DNA of 40,692 nt from a virus (Duplodnaviria; Caudoviricetes). The translations under genes were made by a program, and so were the position numbers. Numbering within the stretch: position 1 is the stretch's first letter; every line of letters starts with the position of its first letter. Of this stretch, positions 25,154 to 33,847 are shown one piece after another. The DNA lies in IMG/VR virus record IMGVR_UViG_3300017777_003033, positions 1-40,692 of that record, one strand, 5' to 3'. Under the pieces are notes generated by a model. The model saw nothing but the letters and a program-made list of their open reading frames with translations, had not been told where the DNA came from and did no database searches.

Positions 25154-25707
25154 ACAATCAGCAAGCAACAGGATTTAAAGAACTTCTATATTCAATGATG
25201 AAAAGAAGATGGTATATTACTGCCATGGTATTAGGTGGATTTATCCTTATTATTGGAGGAATCTTCGGAGCCATAATGTGGAAAACACCAATGTCAACAG
25301 AGTGGAAAGAATTACTACTTCTTTTATTAGGTGCATTTATTGGTTCTTATGGTAAAATTATCGATTACTGGTTTAGTGATACCGATAAAGATAAAATGCT
25401 AGTTGCTAAAATGGACGAAGAAAATGACACTCCTGAAATATTATTAGCTAAAATGGATAAGGGGTTAATGAATATTTCAGAACAACCTACTCATTTAGGT
25501 GTAGATACCCCCCAAGTTACCCCCCAAGTCAAAATAGAAATTGATGAAGATGGAGATGGTGTTATGGACGGGTATGACACGGATGGAGACGGAGACATTG
25601 ATGAATATTTTCCACACAGAAATTGTCAACATGTTTGGGGAGATTCTGATGGAGACGGAGTTGAGGAATGTTTAATTTGTGGACTAATTAAACCAATTGA
25701 AGAATAA
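25147..25707 (+). CDS. two-TM protein with DxDGDG calcium-loop repeats and a Cys/His-rich C-terminus
   Basis: Two TMs; DEDGDGVMDGYDTDGDGDIDE; CQHVWGDSDGDGVEECLICG. Confidence 0.7.
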   Translation: MVNNQQATGFKELLYSMMKRRWYITAMVLGGFILIIGGIFGAIMWKTPMSTEWKELLLLLLGAFIGSYGKIIDYWFSDTDKDKMLVAKMDEENDTPEILLAKMDKGLMNISEQPTHLGVDTPQVTPQVKIEIDEDGDGVMDGYDTDGDGDIDEYFPHRNCQHVWGDSDGDGVEECLICGLIKPIEE

Positions 25708-25708
25708 T

Positions 25709-26422
25709 ATGAAAAAAATAATATTGATTTTGATGAGTATACTAAGTTTCGTAGCATACTCTCAAGTTGGAACCATTAAGACAGAACAATACCGAGCATC
25801 TTTCGAAAAGAACGCATCAATGGATACACTACCTGAATATAACGGAAAACCGATACCAATTCAATTGTTAAACATTGGTGTAACACCTGAATTATTTGAG
25901 TCATACCCGGAATTGAAGGACAAAAGAGTTGGGTTAGGTTTGACAAACATTGTAGTCGAATATTTGGAATTTACCGACAGATTCATTTTTACTGAATCTT
26001 CCACTGAAATTAAAAATCGTATGGTTAAACAATTTCAAGCGTCTCAAGCAGGAATTTCACAGGACACATTAAATGGTAGAGGTAAGATTAGATTAGCTCG
26101 CTACTTTGTAACGATAGAAATTTATGACTTCAGTGTTAGTGAAGATGAGACCATAAAACTTAAAGGAAGTGTCAAGAATACCTTGACAACTCGTTTAGGA
26201 CTTCAAGTTAAATTTGTTAACGCTGAAACCAGCGCGTTTTTCACCGCGTCAGGATTAGGTGAATCATCAACAACAAGAGAAATGACTTTATTGAATGACG
26301 ACAATTTGACTGATGTAAAATTCAATCAATCAACAATTGGTATAACAACCAAAAAGGCATTGGAAAGTGCATGCTCTAAAATTGTGACAAGGATGATTAA
26401 AAAACAAATCTTTACCCATTAA
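25709..26422 (+). CDS. CsgG/HfaB-family (curli secretion channel-like) protein
   Basis: Signal peptide; GLGLTNIVVEYL..TDRF...E, ARYFVTIEIYDF, RLGLQVKFVNAET, FNQSTIG...KKALE.A order of elements typical of CsgG. Confidence 0.65.
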   Translation: MKKIILILMSILSFVAYSQVGTIKTEQYRASFEKNASMDTLPEYNGKPIPIQLLNIGVTPELFESYPELKDKRVGLGLTNIVVEYLEFTDRFIFTESSTEIKNRMVKQFQASQAGISQDTLNGRGKIRLARYFVTIEIYDFSVSEDETIKLKGSVKNTLTTRLGLQVKFVNAETSAFFTASGLGESSTTREMTLLNDDNLTDVKFNQSTIGITTKKALESACSKIVTRMIKKQIFTH

Positions 26423-26424
26423 AA

Positions 26425-27903
26425 ATGTTAAAAATATTACCAATCTTACTGATACTTTTATTTACAAATATCACTGCGATTGGTCAAACATTTACCTACA
26501 CTTTTGTAGACCCTTGCACCAAAGAAATGACACAATTTAACCTTCCAATACAAGGTGTAAATGGTTCATTAGTGTCATTTTTAGGTCAACAAAAATATTT
26601 CACTGCAGATGATGTTATCAGCGGTGATTTTGCCACTTGGATTAACCGAGTATATTCTGAATATAGAAAAGTTACACCATGCTCAATTCAATCAACCACA
26701 TTAATTAGGAACCAAATAACCTCCCAAATAATTGGAAGCACGATTCAAAGTGTCGTAGGAAGTATTATGGGACAAGTTAACTCGGAGTCCGGAATGTTGG
26801 TGAATACGGATTTGAGTTCAAATTCGGATGAAAAAACATCGAAAAATGAGAAGAAAAGTGGTTCACCACCACCAACAATTTCTACATCCGGTGTCCCATT
26901 TCCATCAACATTTAATTCAAGTATCTTTTCGTCAAACAATACTCCATCATCCACAAATACAACACAAAGTCAAGGGAATACTGCAACAAATACAACACAA
27001 AGTGGTGGAAATACTGCGACAAATACAACACAAGGTGGTGGTAATACTGCAACAAATACAACACAAGGTGGTGGTAATGCCACAACAAATACAACACAAA
27101 CAGGTGGAAATACTACAACAAATACAACACAAACAGCTGGTCAAGGTAGTGAAAATAATACAACAAAAACTGAAGGGAGTGAAGTTGGAACGACAATAAC
27201 CATGACAACTGATGCAAATAATGATAAGGGAACCGGAGGGAAATCAAAAGGTAAAACAAACCCAATCATAATTTCATCGGATTTAACAAGTGCCCAAAAT
27301 TTGGACAGAAGTTTTACTCCGATTATTAATATCGGGACATCTCAAAGTTCGATGAGAGGGACCTCAAGTTGGGGGTTAACTTCCATGATTTGGTTAAACT
27401 TTAAACAATTTGCGGTTACCGGTAGATACACAAAAATGCACTTTAGTAAGAATAGAAAATTAAAATTAATTCATAACATGAATTTAACAGGTGTTTATTC
27501 TTATGGTAATATTATGTCTTTCTTGGGTTATAGTTTAATACTAAACGCAGGAAAATTTGGGATTACGGGGGTAAATGTTAGTGGTTCAATAACAAAAACT
27601 CCTGAAGACTTAAATTTATATTTGAGTCCAGCAGCAACCGCATTCTACACAAAACCAGTTAAAGTGGGAAAAAGAATGATTGTTTCCCCGGAATTATATG
27701 TCATTTCAACTCCATTGATATATTCATCGGTGGACAATGTTAGTGTTTCAGACAGAACATTTAGTATATTTGTGGGAACAAGTGTTGATTACCAATTTTC
27801 AAAAAGATTTAAAGTCAATATGAATTATAAACTAAACACGAGCACCAATCCCGACTTTCCGGTTCTTTCGTTTTTCCTAATTGGTTCAAAAATTAATTTA
27901 TGA
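26425..27903 (+). CDS. exported protein with 11-aa N/T/Q/G repeats and a putative C-terminal outer-membrane beta-barrel
   Basis: Signal peptide; NTATNTTQGGG repeated about 6 times; amphipathic strands ending FFLIGSKINL. Confidence 0.65.
   Translation: MLKILPILLILLFTNITAIGQTFTYTFVDPCTKEMTQFNLPIQGVNGSLVSFLGQQKYFTADDVISGDFATWINRVYSEYRKVTPCSIQSTTLIRNQITSQIIGSTIQSVVGSIMGQVNSESGMLVNTDLSSNSDEKTSKNEKKSGSPPPTISTSGVPFPSTFNSSIFSSNNTPSSTNTTQSQGNTATNTTQSGGNTATNTTQGGGNTATNTTQGGGNATTNTTQTGGNTTTNTTQTAGQGSENNTTKTEGSEVGTTITMTTDANNDKGTGGKSKGKTNPIIISSDLTSAQNLDRSFTPIINIGTSQSSMRGTSSWGLTSMIWLNFKQFAVTGRYTKMHFSKNRKLKLIHNMNLTGVYSYGNIMSFLGYSLILNAGKFGITGVNVSGSITKTPEDLNLYLSPAATAFYTKPVKVGKRMIVSPELYVISTPLIYSSVDNVSVSDRTFSIFVGTSVDYQFSKRFKVNMNYKLNTSTNPDFPVLSFFLIGSKINL
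26953..27141 (+). repeat. 33-bp coding tandem repeat, six units
   Basis: ACAAATACAACACAA starts at 26953, 26986, 27019, 27052, 27085 and 27118. Confidence 0.92.
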
Positions 27904-29003
27904 TGAAATATTTGTTATTCATTTTATTATCGATAAGCAGTTTCGCACACTCTCAAACTTCATTATGTACTAGTTACCCAACAACATTTTGTTGTGAGTA
28001 TGTTTCCAATGTTACGATAAACGGACAAACATATGCGGGTAGTAATGGATTTACCGCAACATCCGGAGGTAATCCGGCAGGTTATTTTAATTATACCAAT
28101 GGAACCGCAGTCCCAACCATTACCGCAGGTCAAACCATATCCATTTCATATACCGCAGTTACAAATGGTAATTACATGGAATATTTCAAATTATGGATTG
28201 ATTTCAATGGTAATGGAGTTTTAACAGATGCCGGGGAATTAGTTCATAGTACCAACACTTCTTGGTCAGGAACCAAAACAATAACCTCAACATTTGTTGT
28301 TCCAACGACAGTCTTTAACGGACCCGTTTTTATGAGATTTATTATGCAATATTCCGGTTCTCCTGTAATATGTGGAACTTATCCCTATGGCAATACTTTT
28401 GATTTTAAGACCACAATTGCTGGAGCCCAACCAAATCCAAACTTACCTCCAACCGAAACAATAAGTGGAAATCTTTCCATACCATCAGGGTTGGTTAATC
28501 GACCAAAATTAAAATTATTCAAAATTAATGGTGCGACCACCACATTAATTGATAGTAGTAATGTTGATATAAGTGGAAATTACTCATTGAAACCAAACGA
28601 ATATAATATGACTTATAGGATAATCCCATCATTCTCAACAACATTAACCAACAACGATTTATCTTTATTATTGAACGAAGCGAGAAATGTTAGCGTTCCT
28701 CCGGTATTAAATCCGGGATTGGTATTGAATACCGGACCGAAGATGAAAGCTGGTGATATTAACAAAAATGGAAAAGTTTATCTTGATGATGGATATCTAC
28801 TCGCAAGAAGTTTAACGGGGGCGAATCCACTAACCGAAGTGTTATGGTTCACATCGTCAACCTATTCAACTATAACATTGAATAATTTTAATACTATAAA
28901 TTCATCATCTTTTTTTGATGTTAATTTTACAAAATTACCAATTGTGTTAAATTTAAGGTATATTGTATTAGGTGATGTTGACTTATCATCTTCTTCCCAA
29001 TAA
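27900..29003 (+). CDS. exported GEVED-like domain plus dockerin-like protein
   Basis: EYVSNVTIN...YFNYT...LWIDFNGNG.LTDAGELV...MRF; AGDINKNGKVYLDDGYLL; YIVLGDVDLS; no T9SS CTD. Confidence 0.7.
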   Translation: MMKYLLFILLSISSFAHSQTSLCTSYPTTFCCEYVSNVTINGQTYAGSNGFTATSGGNPAGYFNYTNGTAVPTITAGQTISISYTAVTNGNYMEYFKLWIDFNGNGVLTDAGELVHSTNTSWSGTKTITSTFVVPTTVFNGPVFMRFIMQYSGSPVICGTYPYGNTFDFKTTIAGAQPNPNLPPTETISGNLSIPSGLVNRPKLKLFKINGATTTLIDSSNVDISGNYSLKPNEYNMTYRIIPSFSTTLTNNDLSLLLNEARNVSVPPVLNPGLVLNTGPKMKAGDINKNGKVYLDDGYLLARSLTGANPLTEVLWFTSSTYSTITLNNFNTINSSSFFDVNFTKLPIVLNLRYIVLGDVDLSSSSQ

Positions 29004-29042
29004 AGATACATGTTAGTATATTTATAAGTAAAATAAAATGTG

Positions 29043-29666
29043 ATGAATTTACGCAAACTAATTAGAGAAACATTAGAAGAACAATTAAATAGAACTTTAG
29101 TATTAACTGAAAATGTTAAAGTTTCAGATGCTCTACAATATCATATAGACAATGGTCTAACATTAACTGATAATGTTTTTAGAGTTTACTCTGAAAGTTA
29201 TTTTGATTTAGTTAATGAGGTAAGAAAATTATACACCGAAGGAAACATAAAATTAAATGAAGAGGATACTATGATGATAGAATCCGATTTAGGTAAGAAA
29301 GTGAAAATAGGTAAGGAATATATATACTTGGACGCACCATTTATTTATGAGGTTGAAACTGAGGAAGATATTTTGAGTGAAGCTAAACATCATGGAAAAA
29401 ATGTAAAATTAAACAAACCATTTAGAACACCGGGTGGACCTAAAAAGTTTGCGGTTTATGTAAAAAGTAAAACAGGTGGTGTTAAAAAAGTAACATTTGG
29501 TGACCCTAACCTAAGAGTTAAAAACGCAAATAAAAAAGCTGCGAAGTCTTTTAGAGCTCGTCATAAATGTGACCAAAAGAAAGATAGAACAACGGCAGGA
29601 TACTGGAGTTGTTCGGTTGGTCGTTACGCAAAACAACTTGGTTTATCATCATCAAATTCTTGGTAA
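29043..29666 (+). CDS. conserved phage protein (leader MNLRKLIRETLEE, acidic domain, basic domain KKFAVYVK...FGDP...SFRARHKC...YWSC)
   Basis: TATTTATA upstream; domains separated by ILSE. Confidence 0.75.
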   Translation: MNLRKLIRETLEEQLNRTLVLTENVKVSDALQYHIDNGLTLTDNVFRVYSESYFDLVNEVRKLYTEGNIKLNEEDTMMIESDLGKKVKIGKEYIYLDAPFIYEVETEEDILSEAKHHGKNVKLNKPFRTPGGPKKFAVYVKSKTGGVKKVTFGDPNLRVKNANKKAAKSFRARHKCDQKKDRTTAGYWSCSVGRYAKQLGLSSSNSW

Positions 29667-29690
29667 ACCTCATTTCATTTAAATTTTATT

Positions 29691-29960
29691 ATGGAGTTCC
29701 CGTTTGAACAAGTTGAGATTGATAACAAAAAAATCAGAACATTTAGTCCCGATGTTGATGATTATGAATTAAAATGGCACCAAGACCTTAACGACCGAAA
29801 AGTTATAATTCTTGAGGGTGGTGGATGGCAATTTCAAATGGAAAATGAATTACCAATAAAATTGGACGATACCAAACAAATCTTTATTCCAAAACTTGCT
29901 TGGCATCGTGTGTTAAAGGGTGGTAGTAATTTAGTTGTTGAAATTGAAGAATTTGATTAA
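29691..29960 (+). CDS. cupin-like protein
   Basis: LKWHQD...W.FQMENELP...IFIPKLAWHRVLKG. Confidence 0.65.
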   Translation: MEFPFEQVEIDNKKIRTFSPDVDDYELKWHQDLNDRKVIILEGGGWQFQMENELPIKLDDTKQIFIPKLAWHRVLKGGSNLVVEIEEFD

Positions 29961-30961
29961 CTTCGAATCGTCGGGACCTCATCATTTGAGGTTTCATGTG
30001 GTCTAAACGGAATAAATCGAGCTCTTCGAGGAGCAAAGCTAAGTTCGTCAGGTTCTCCAACATATTCATTAATCTCCTCAATGTATTCATCAATTCTTAC
30101 CGCAATAGGTTCAGGTTCTCTAAACTCTTTATCATATGAGTTTTGTTGAATCCATAGTAATTGATTATTTGCGTCGTCTTCAGATAATAAGTCCCAGTTA
30201 GTTTTTTTTACATTAGTGAACTCATTCTTAATAACCTCCATAATTTCATTAGGTAATCCACTTTCAATTGAATCAATTCTGATGTCGGACATGTCCCAAA
30301 AAGATGTTTCGCGATTTTCGTGAGTGGAAAGGGATTTATATGCTGCAACCTTATCACCTGTTTTCTTATTTAAACAATAAATTAAAATACCATTTCTTGA
30401 GTATTTCAAATAATAATCAGGATTGTGTTCCATAGTGGTGCACCATCTTGTAGTTGCCCCATATTTTTTAGAAGCCAAAAAAGACATAGGTTTAATAACT
30501 AACCATTCATCATTTTCATATAATTTAATGGTTTGCTTTTCTAAGTCTTTAGTCACTGATTTTAATTCGGCTAAAGATACCTCCAACTCCAACTCCTCAA
30601 AAGTTTTAAATTTAGTTAAATCATTATTAATTATTAAATTTCTTTCGTTTAATTCTTCAAATTTTTTAATCAGCTCAAAATTATAATACCCAAAATAATC
30701 AACTAAACACCAATGAATATTAATTATTTCTTCATTGGATTTTGAGTTTATAAAATCTTCATCTAATTTAAATTCATGAATTAATTCTAACTTTAGATTA
30801 TCGGCTCTATCATAATTATTAATTCTATTATCTCGATAGTTTTTAATCAAATTGACCGATAATTCGGTATATTTGCTTTTATTAAATAAACTATTGATAA
30901 TTTCGATAACATTAAGGATTAATGATGGGTTGTCTCGTTTTAATTCGTTAAGTCTGGACAT
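29957..30961 (-). CDS. hypothetical protein, YGxxTxWCTT family (paralog of 39041-39928)
   Basis: MSRLNELK start; ASKKYGATTRWCTT. Confidence 0.8.
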   Translation of the reverse strand: MSRLNELKRDNPSLILNVIEIINSLFNKSKYTELSVNLIKNYRDNRINNYDRADNLKLELIHEFKLDEDFINSKSNEEIINIHWCLVDYFGYYNFELIKKFEELNERNLIINNDLTKFKTFEELELEVSLAELKSVTKDLEKQTIKLYENDEWLVIKPMSFLASKKYGATTRWCTTMEHNPDYYLKYSRNGILIYCLNKKTGDKVAAYKSLSTHENRETSFWDMSDIRIDSIESGLPNEIMEVIKNEFTNVKKTNWDLLSEDDANNQLLWIQQNSYDKEFREPEPIAVRIDEYIEEINEYVGEPDELSFAPRRARFIPFRPHETSNDEVPTIRS

Positions 30962-31030
30962 TGATTCATTTTTTTTTAAAATATAAAATATATTTACCTA
31001 TAAATCAATTTTTTTCTTTATCTTTGCTCT

Positions 31031-31453
31031 ATGAAAAAAATAATAACAATTTTATCGCTAGTCTTATCATTGTCCTTAAAGTCGCAACAATCTGATATAT
31101 TATATATTCCCGACCAAAACTCTTTAGTCGCTTCATATAACTTTAAACAAGTTGGGTTATATGTTGGAGGGTTTTATATGACAAGTTTACCTCAACCATA
31201 TACTTATACCACACCATATTCTATGATGAATAGGATTGGAATATCATATGTTAGTAAAAATAACACCTTTAGTATTATGGGAGGTGCGTTTTTAGAACAT
31301 TATATTGTAAATGTTGAAATGTCTCCGGATGTTTGGGTTAAAGTATATCCAATAAGATTAATTACAAAGAACCCGAGAACTTTGGATTTTTCTTTAGGTT
31401 TAAATTACTCAAAAGGGTTTAGATATGGTGTAGGATTATCAATACCATTTTAA
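31031..31453 (+). CDS. small exported beta-barrel-like protein
   Basis: Signal peptide, amphipathic strands, terminal YGVGLSIPF; TATCTTTG at 31019-31026. Confidence 0.6.
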   Translation: MKKIITILSLVLSLSLKSQQSDILYIPDQNSLVASYNFKQVGLYVGGFYMTSLPQPYTYTTPYSMMNRIGISYVSKNNTFSIMGGAFLEHYIVNVEMSPDVWVKVYPIRLITKNPRTLDFSLGLNYSKGFRYGVGLSIPF

Positions 31454-31469
31454 GTAATATTTATAGTAT

Positions 31470-32438
31470 ATGAAATTTATCGATTTTCCTATTGAAAGGA
31501 TTAACCTTTTTTTTGACACCCATACATTTGTAATACAATCTCCTTATTATAGTGATGAAAATATTGAAGTTAAGGTGCGACTAACCGGAATTCGTCAAAT
31601 GATAGTTATTGGTGAAAAGTCAGATGTTATTGAATACACATTATACATTGAAAATACGGGTAAAATTAGTGGTGAGATATTGGGTGAACAATTTAAAAAA
31701 TTGGGAAGTAATAAAGTAACATTAACTAGCTATGATGTAAAATTTTACCAATTGATAACACCTGTAAGTAGTGTCTTGAGAAATATGTTATATCATTTTA
31801 ATATTCAAAATTCTGTAATGTGTAATAGTGTGGTAAATAACCTTAAGAAAAATATAAATGAGGGTGTTATTAACGAAGGAAGATACGACAATATCGTAAG
31901 AAAAGTAGTTAAAGATATTATGTCTGTGGTTAAATACCAAAAAGAAGGAGAATATGTTTTACCTGAAGATATTAGCGATAAAACGGTTTATACAAGTCCT
32001 AAACTTTATAGTCCGTTTTCAATCGAATTAACATTAAACACAAGTGAAGATGTTGATACCGTTGAAGTTAATGGTGAATATTACCCAAATGAAGATATTA
32101 TATTGATTGAAATAGTTTCCAATCCAAATCTCGACCGAGAAATTTTAGAAGAATTACATTTTGAGCTCAATGAGTTAGTTAGACATGAGATAGAACATAT
32201 GTCTCAATTGGATAGAGGAGAGGAATTCCCGGAATATGAACCTGAAGACTCTTTAGAATATTATACCCAAAAACACGAATTAGAAGCTCAATTGGCGGGA
32301 TTTATAAGAAGAGCCCAAAAAGAAAGAAAACCACTCGAAGATGTGATTAGAGGATGGTTTATAAAGAATTACTCAAAACATAACTTATCACCAAAAGATG
32401 TTGAGAAAGTTATTAAACGAATCCTTGAATTATCTTAG
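31470..32438 (+). CDS. two-domain protein with a C-terminal HExxH metallopeptidase-like domain
   Basis: LVRHEIEHMSQ...YY.QKHELEAQL.G. Confidence 0.7.
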   Translation: MKFIDFPIERINLFFDTHTFVIQSPYYSDENIEVKVRLTGIRQMIVIGEKSDVIEYTLYIENTGKISGEILGEQFKKLGSNKVTLTSYDVKFYQLITPVSSVLRNMLYHFNIQNSVMCNSVVNNLKKNINEGVINEGRYDNIVRKVVKDIMSVVKYQKEGEYVLPEDISDKTVYTSPKLYSPFSIELTLNTSEDVDTVEVNGEYYPNEDIILIEIVSNPNLDREILEELHFELNELVRHEIEHMSQLDRGEEFPEYEPEDSLEYYTQKHELEAQLAGFIRRAQKERKPLEDVIRGWFIKNYSKHNLSPKDVEKVIKRILELS

Positions 32439-33055
32439 GAAAGTTTCTTGATAATTTTTTTTATAATTTCAGTTAAAACGACCTGACCAACCAAGACAAC
32501 TCCCGAAGCAACCAATCTTTTGGCAACTTTCATTGATACTGTTTGGATATCTTCCCCGGAAGTAATTAAAGACTGAATGTCCGTTATTATTGGAATCAAA
32601 AACGCATATGTTATGATATCCAAAGTTGAATTTATAGTGACTTTAGAAGATTTAATGAATTTGGTGAACGAATCCTTAAGATTTTTACCTTTTAATAGAA
32701 CTTCTTTAAAAATATCCTCAAGCCCCTCTTCTTTTATTTTCGATAAAATCTTTTTTAATGCGTTTTCATTGTCGTAGAAATATGTGCAAGCAACCCCAAC
32801 CAAAAGTAACGCCACTTGTTCATCCGTGATATCAAACCTACCACTTCTGATAAAATTATCTAATGGCATCACTAAACCACCAACGGACGCCCCCCAAGTT
32901 AATAATAATTTAAGGTTCAATCCATATGTTTTTCTGACTTTATTGATGATATTACTAGTGAAAGAATATAATTCTTTCATATAGTCAGACATTTTTGACT
33001 GGTCTTGCTCTTGTAAGATAAGTTTCAGTTGAGATTCATTAATTAAAAATTCCAT
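32435..33055 (-). CDS. membrane-associated hypothetical protein with MEFLINESQ leader
   Basis: Leader, several hydrophobic helices, TATTTATA upstream on the minus strand. Confidence 0.75.
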   Translation of the reverse strand: MEFLINESQLKLILQEQDQSKMSDYMKELYSFTSNIINKVRKTYGLNLKLLLTWGASVGGLVMPLDNFIRSGRFDITDEQVALLLVGVACTYFYDNENALKKILSKIKEEGLEDIFKEVLLKGKNLKDSFTKFIKSSKVTINSTLDIITYAFLIPIITDIQSLITSGEDIQTVSMKVAKRLVASGVVLVGQVVLTEIIKKIIKKLS

Positions 33056-33087
33056 ATATTTATAAATATATCCAAATATTCGTTTTT

Positions 33088-33696
33088 ATGTCAAAAAGAA
33101 AAAGAGAATTAAACCCTAAAGTTGTAAAAGGTGATAAAATTATGTGTCTTTACATGGACGGAGAGAGCTCAGTCCCGATGGGAACCAATGGAGTCGTTTC
33201 TAGGGTGATAAGAGACCCATTTGAGGCTGATGGTGAAATTATCGAAGTTAAATGGGATAATGGTTCTAATTTATCTTTGATTAGTGTAACCGATAGTTGG
33301 GTTAAAGTGGATGAAGAGCAAATTAAAGAGTCCTTAAATGAACAACCTCACAAATATTTTATGGAAAATCCGGAAATATTTGAAAATTTCGATTATAAAT
33401 TCTTGAGAGAATTTTTAAATAAATTAAGAAAGGCCGGACCTGTTAATATGTCTCAATCCCAACCATTTTTATATTCAGGTAGAAAATGGATTGATAGATA
33501 TTATGGTGAAAACCAAGAAGACAATGAAGATTTTCAAGAAGTTTTAGATATGGCGGATGAAGCTAAAGATAAGATGATACAGGGAGTTTTGAGTTATATG
33601 GACTCTCAAGATATGGATGTCGATTTGGATAAAGTTAATCGTTTGATGGGTAAGTTCGCAACTAAGATTTTACAACTTTACATTTCTTTTTTCTAA
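33088..33696 (+). CDS. DUF4314-like SH3 domain plus a helical domain
   Basis: GDKI...M.GE..VP.GT.GVV..V......IEVKWDNGSNLSLI..D. Confidence 0.6.
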   Translation: MSKRKRELNPKVVKGDKIMCLYMDGESSVPMGTNGVVSRVIRDPFEADGEIIEVKWDNGSNLSLISVTDSWVKVDEEQIKESLNEQPHKYFMENPEIFENFDYKFLREFLNKLRKAGPVNMSQSQPFLYSGRKWIDRYYGENQEDNEDFQEVLDMADEAKDKMIQGVLSYMDSQDMDVDLDKVNRLMGKFATKILQLYISFF

Positions 33697-33847
33697 AAAG
33701 TCTGAACTTTTTTTTCTTTGATTTAAGGGTATCCTTAGATTTAACCTCAGTTTGTTTGATTTTACTGGTAATCTTATTAGGTATGAGCTCGTCTTTTGAA
33801 CACGAGCCCATAACGAATAAAAATAATAAAATTGAAATTATTTTTTT
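33662..33847 (-). pseudogene. lipoprotein ORF lacking its start codon (KKIISILLFLFVMGSC-SKDE...)
   Basis: Hand translation, 61 codons; the ATG position is occupied by the last codons of ppsA. Confidence 0.5.

Noticed and set aside
11348-32438. Convergent genes with abutting or overlapping stops (11348/11349, 15402-15405, 29957-29960, 32435-32438)
   Set aside because: Explained by genome compaction and the self-complementarity of TTAA-type words; no further signal seen
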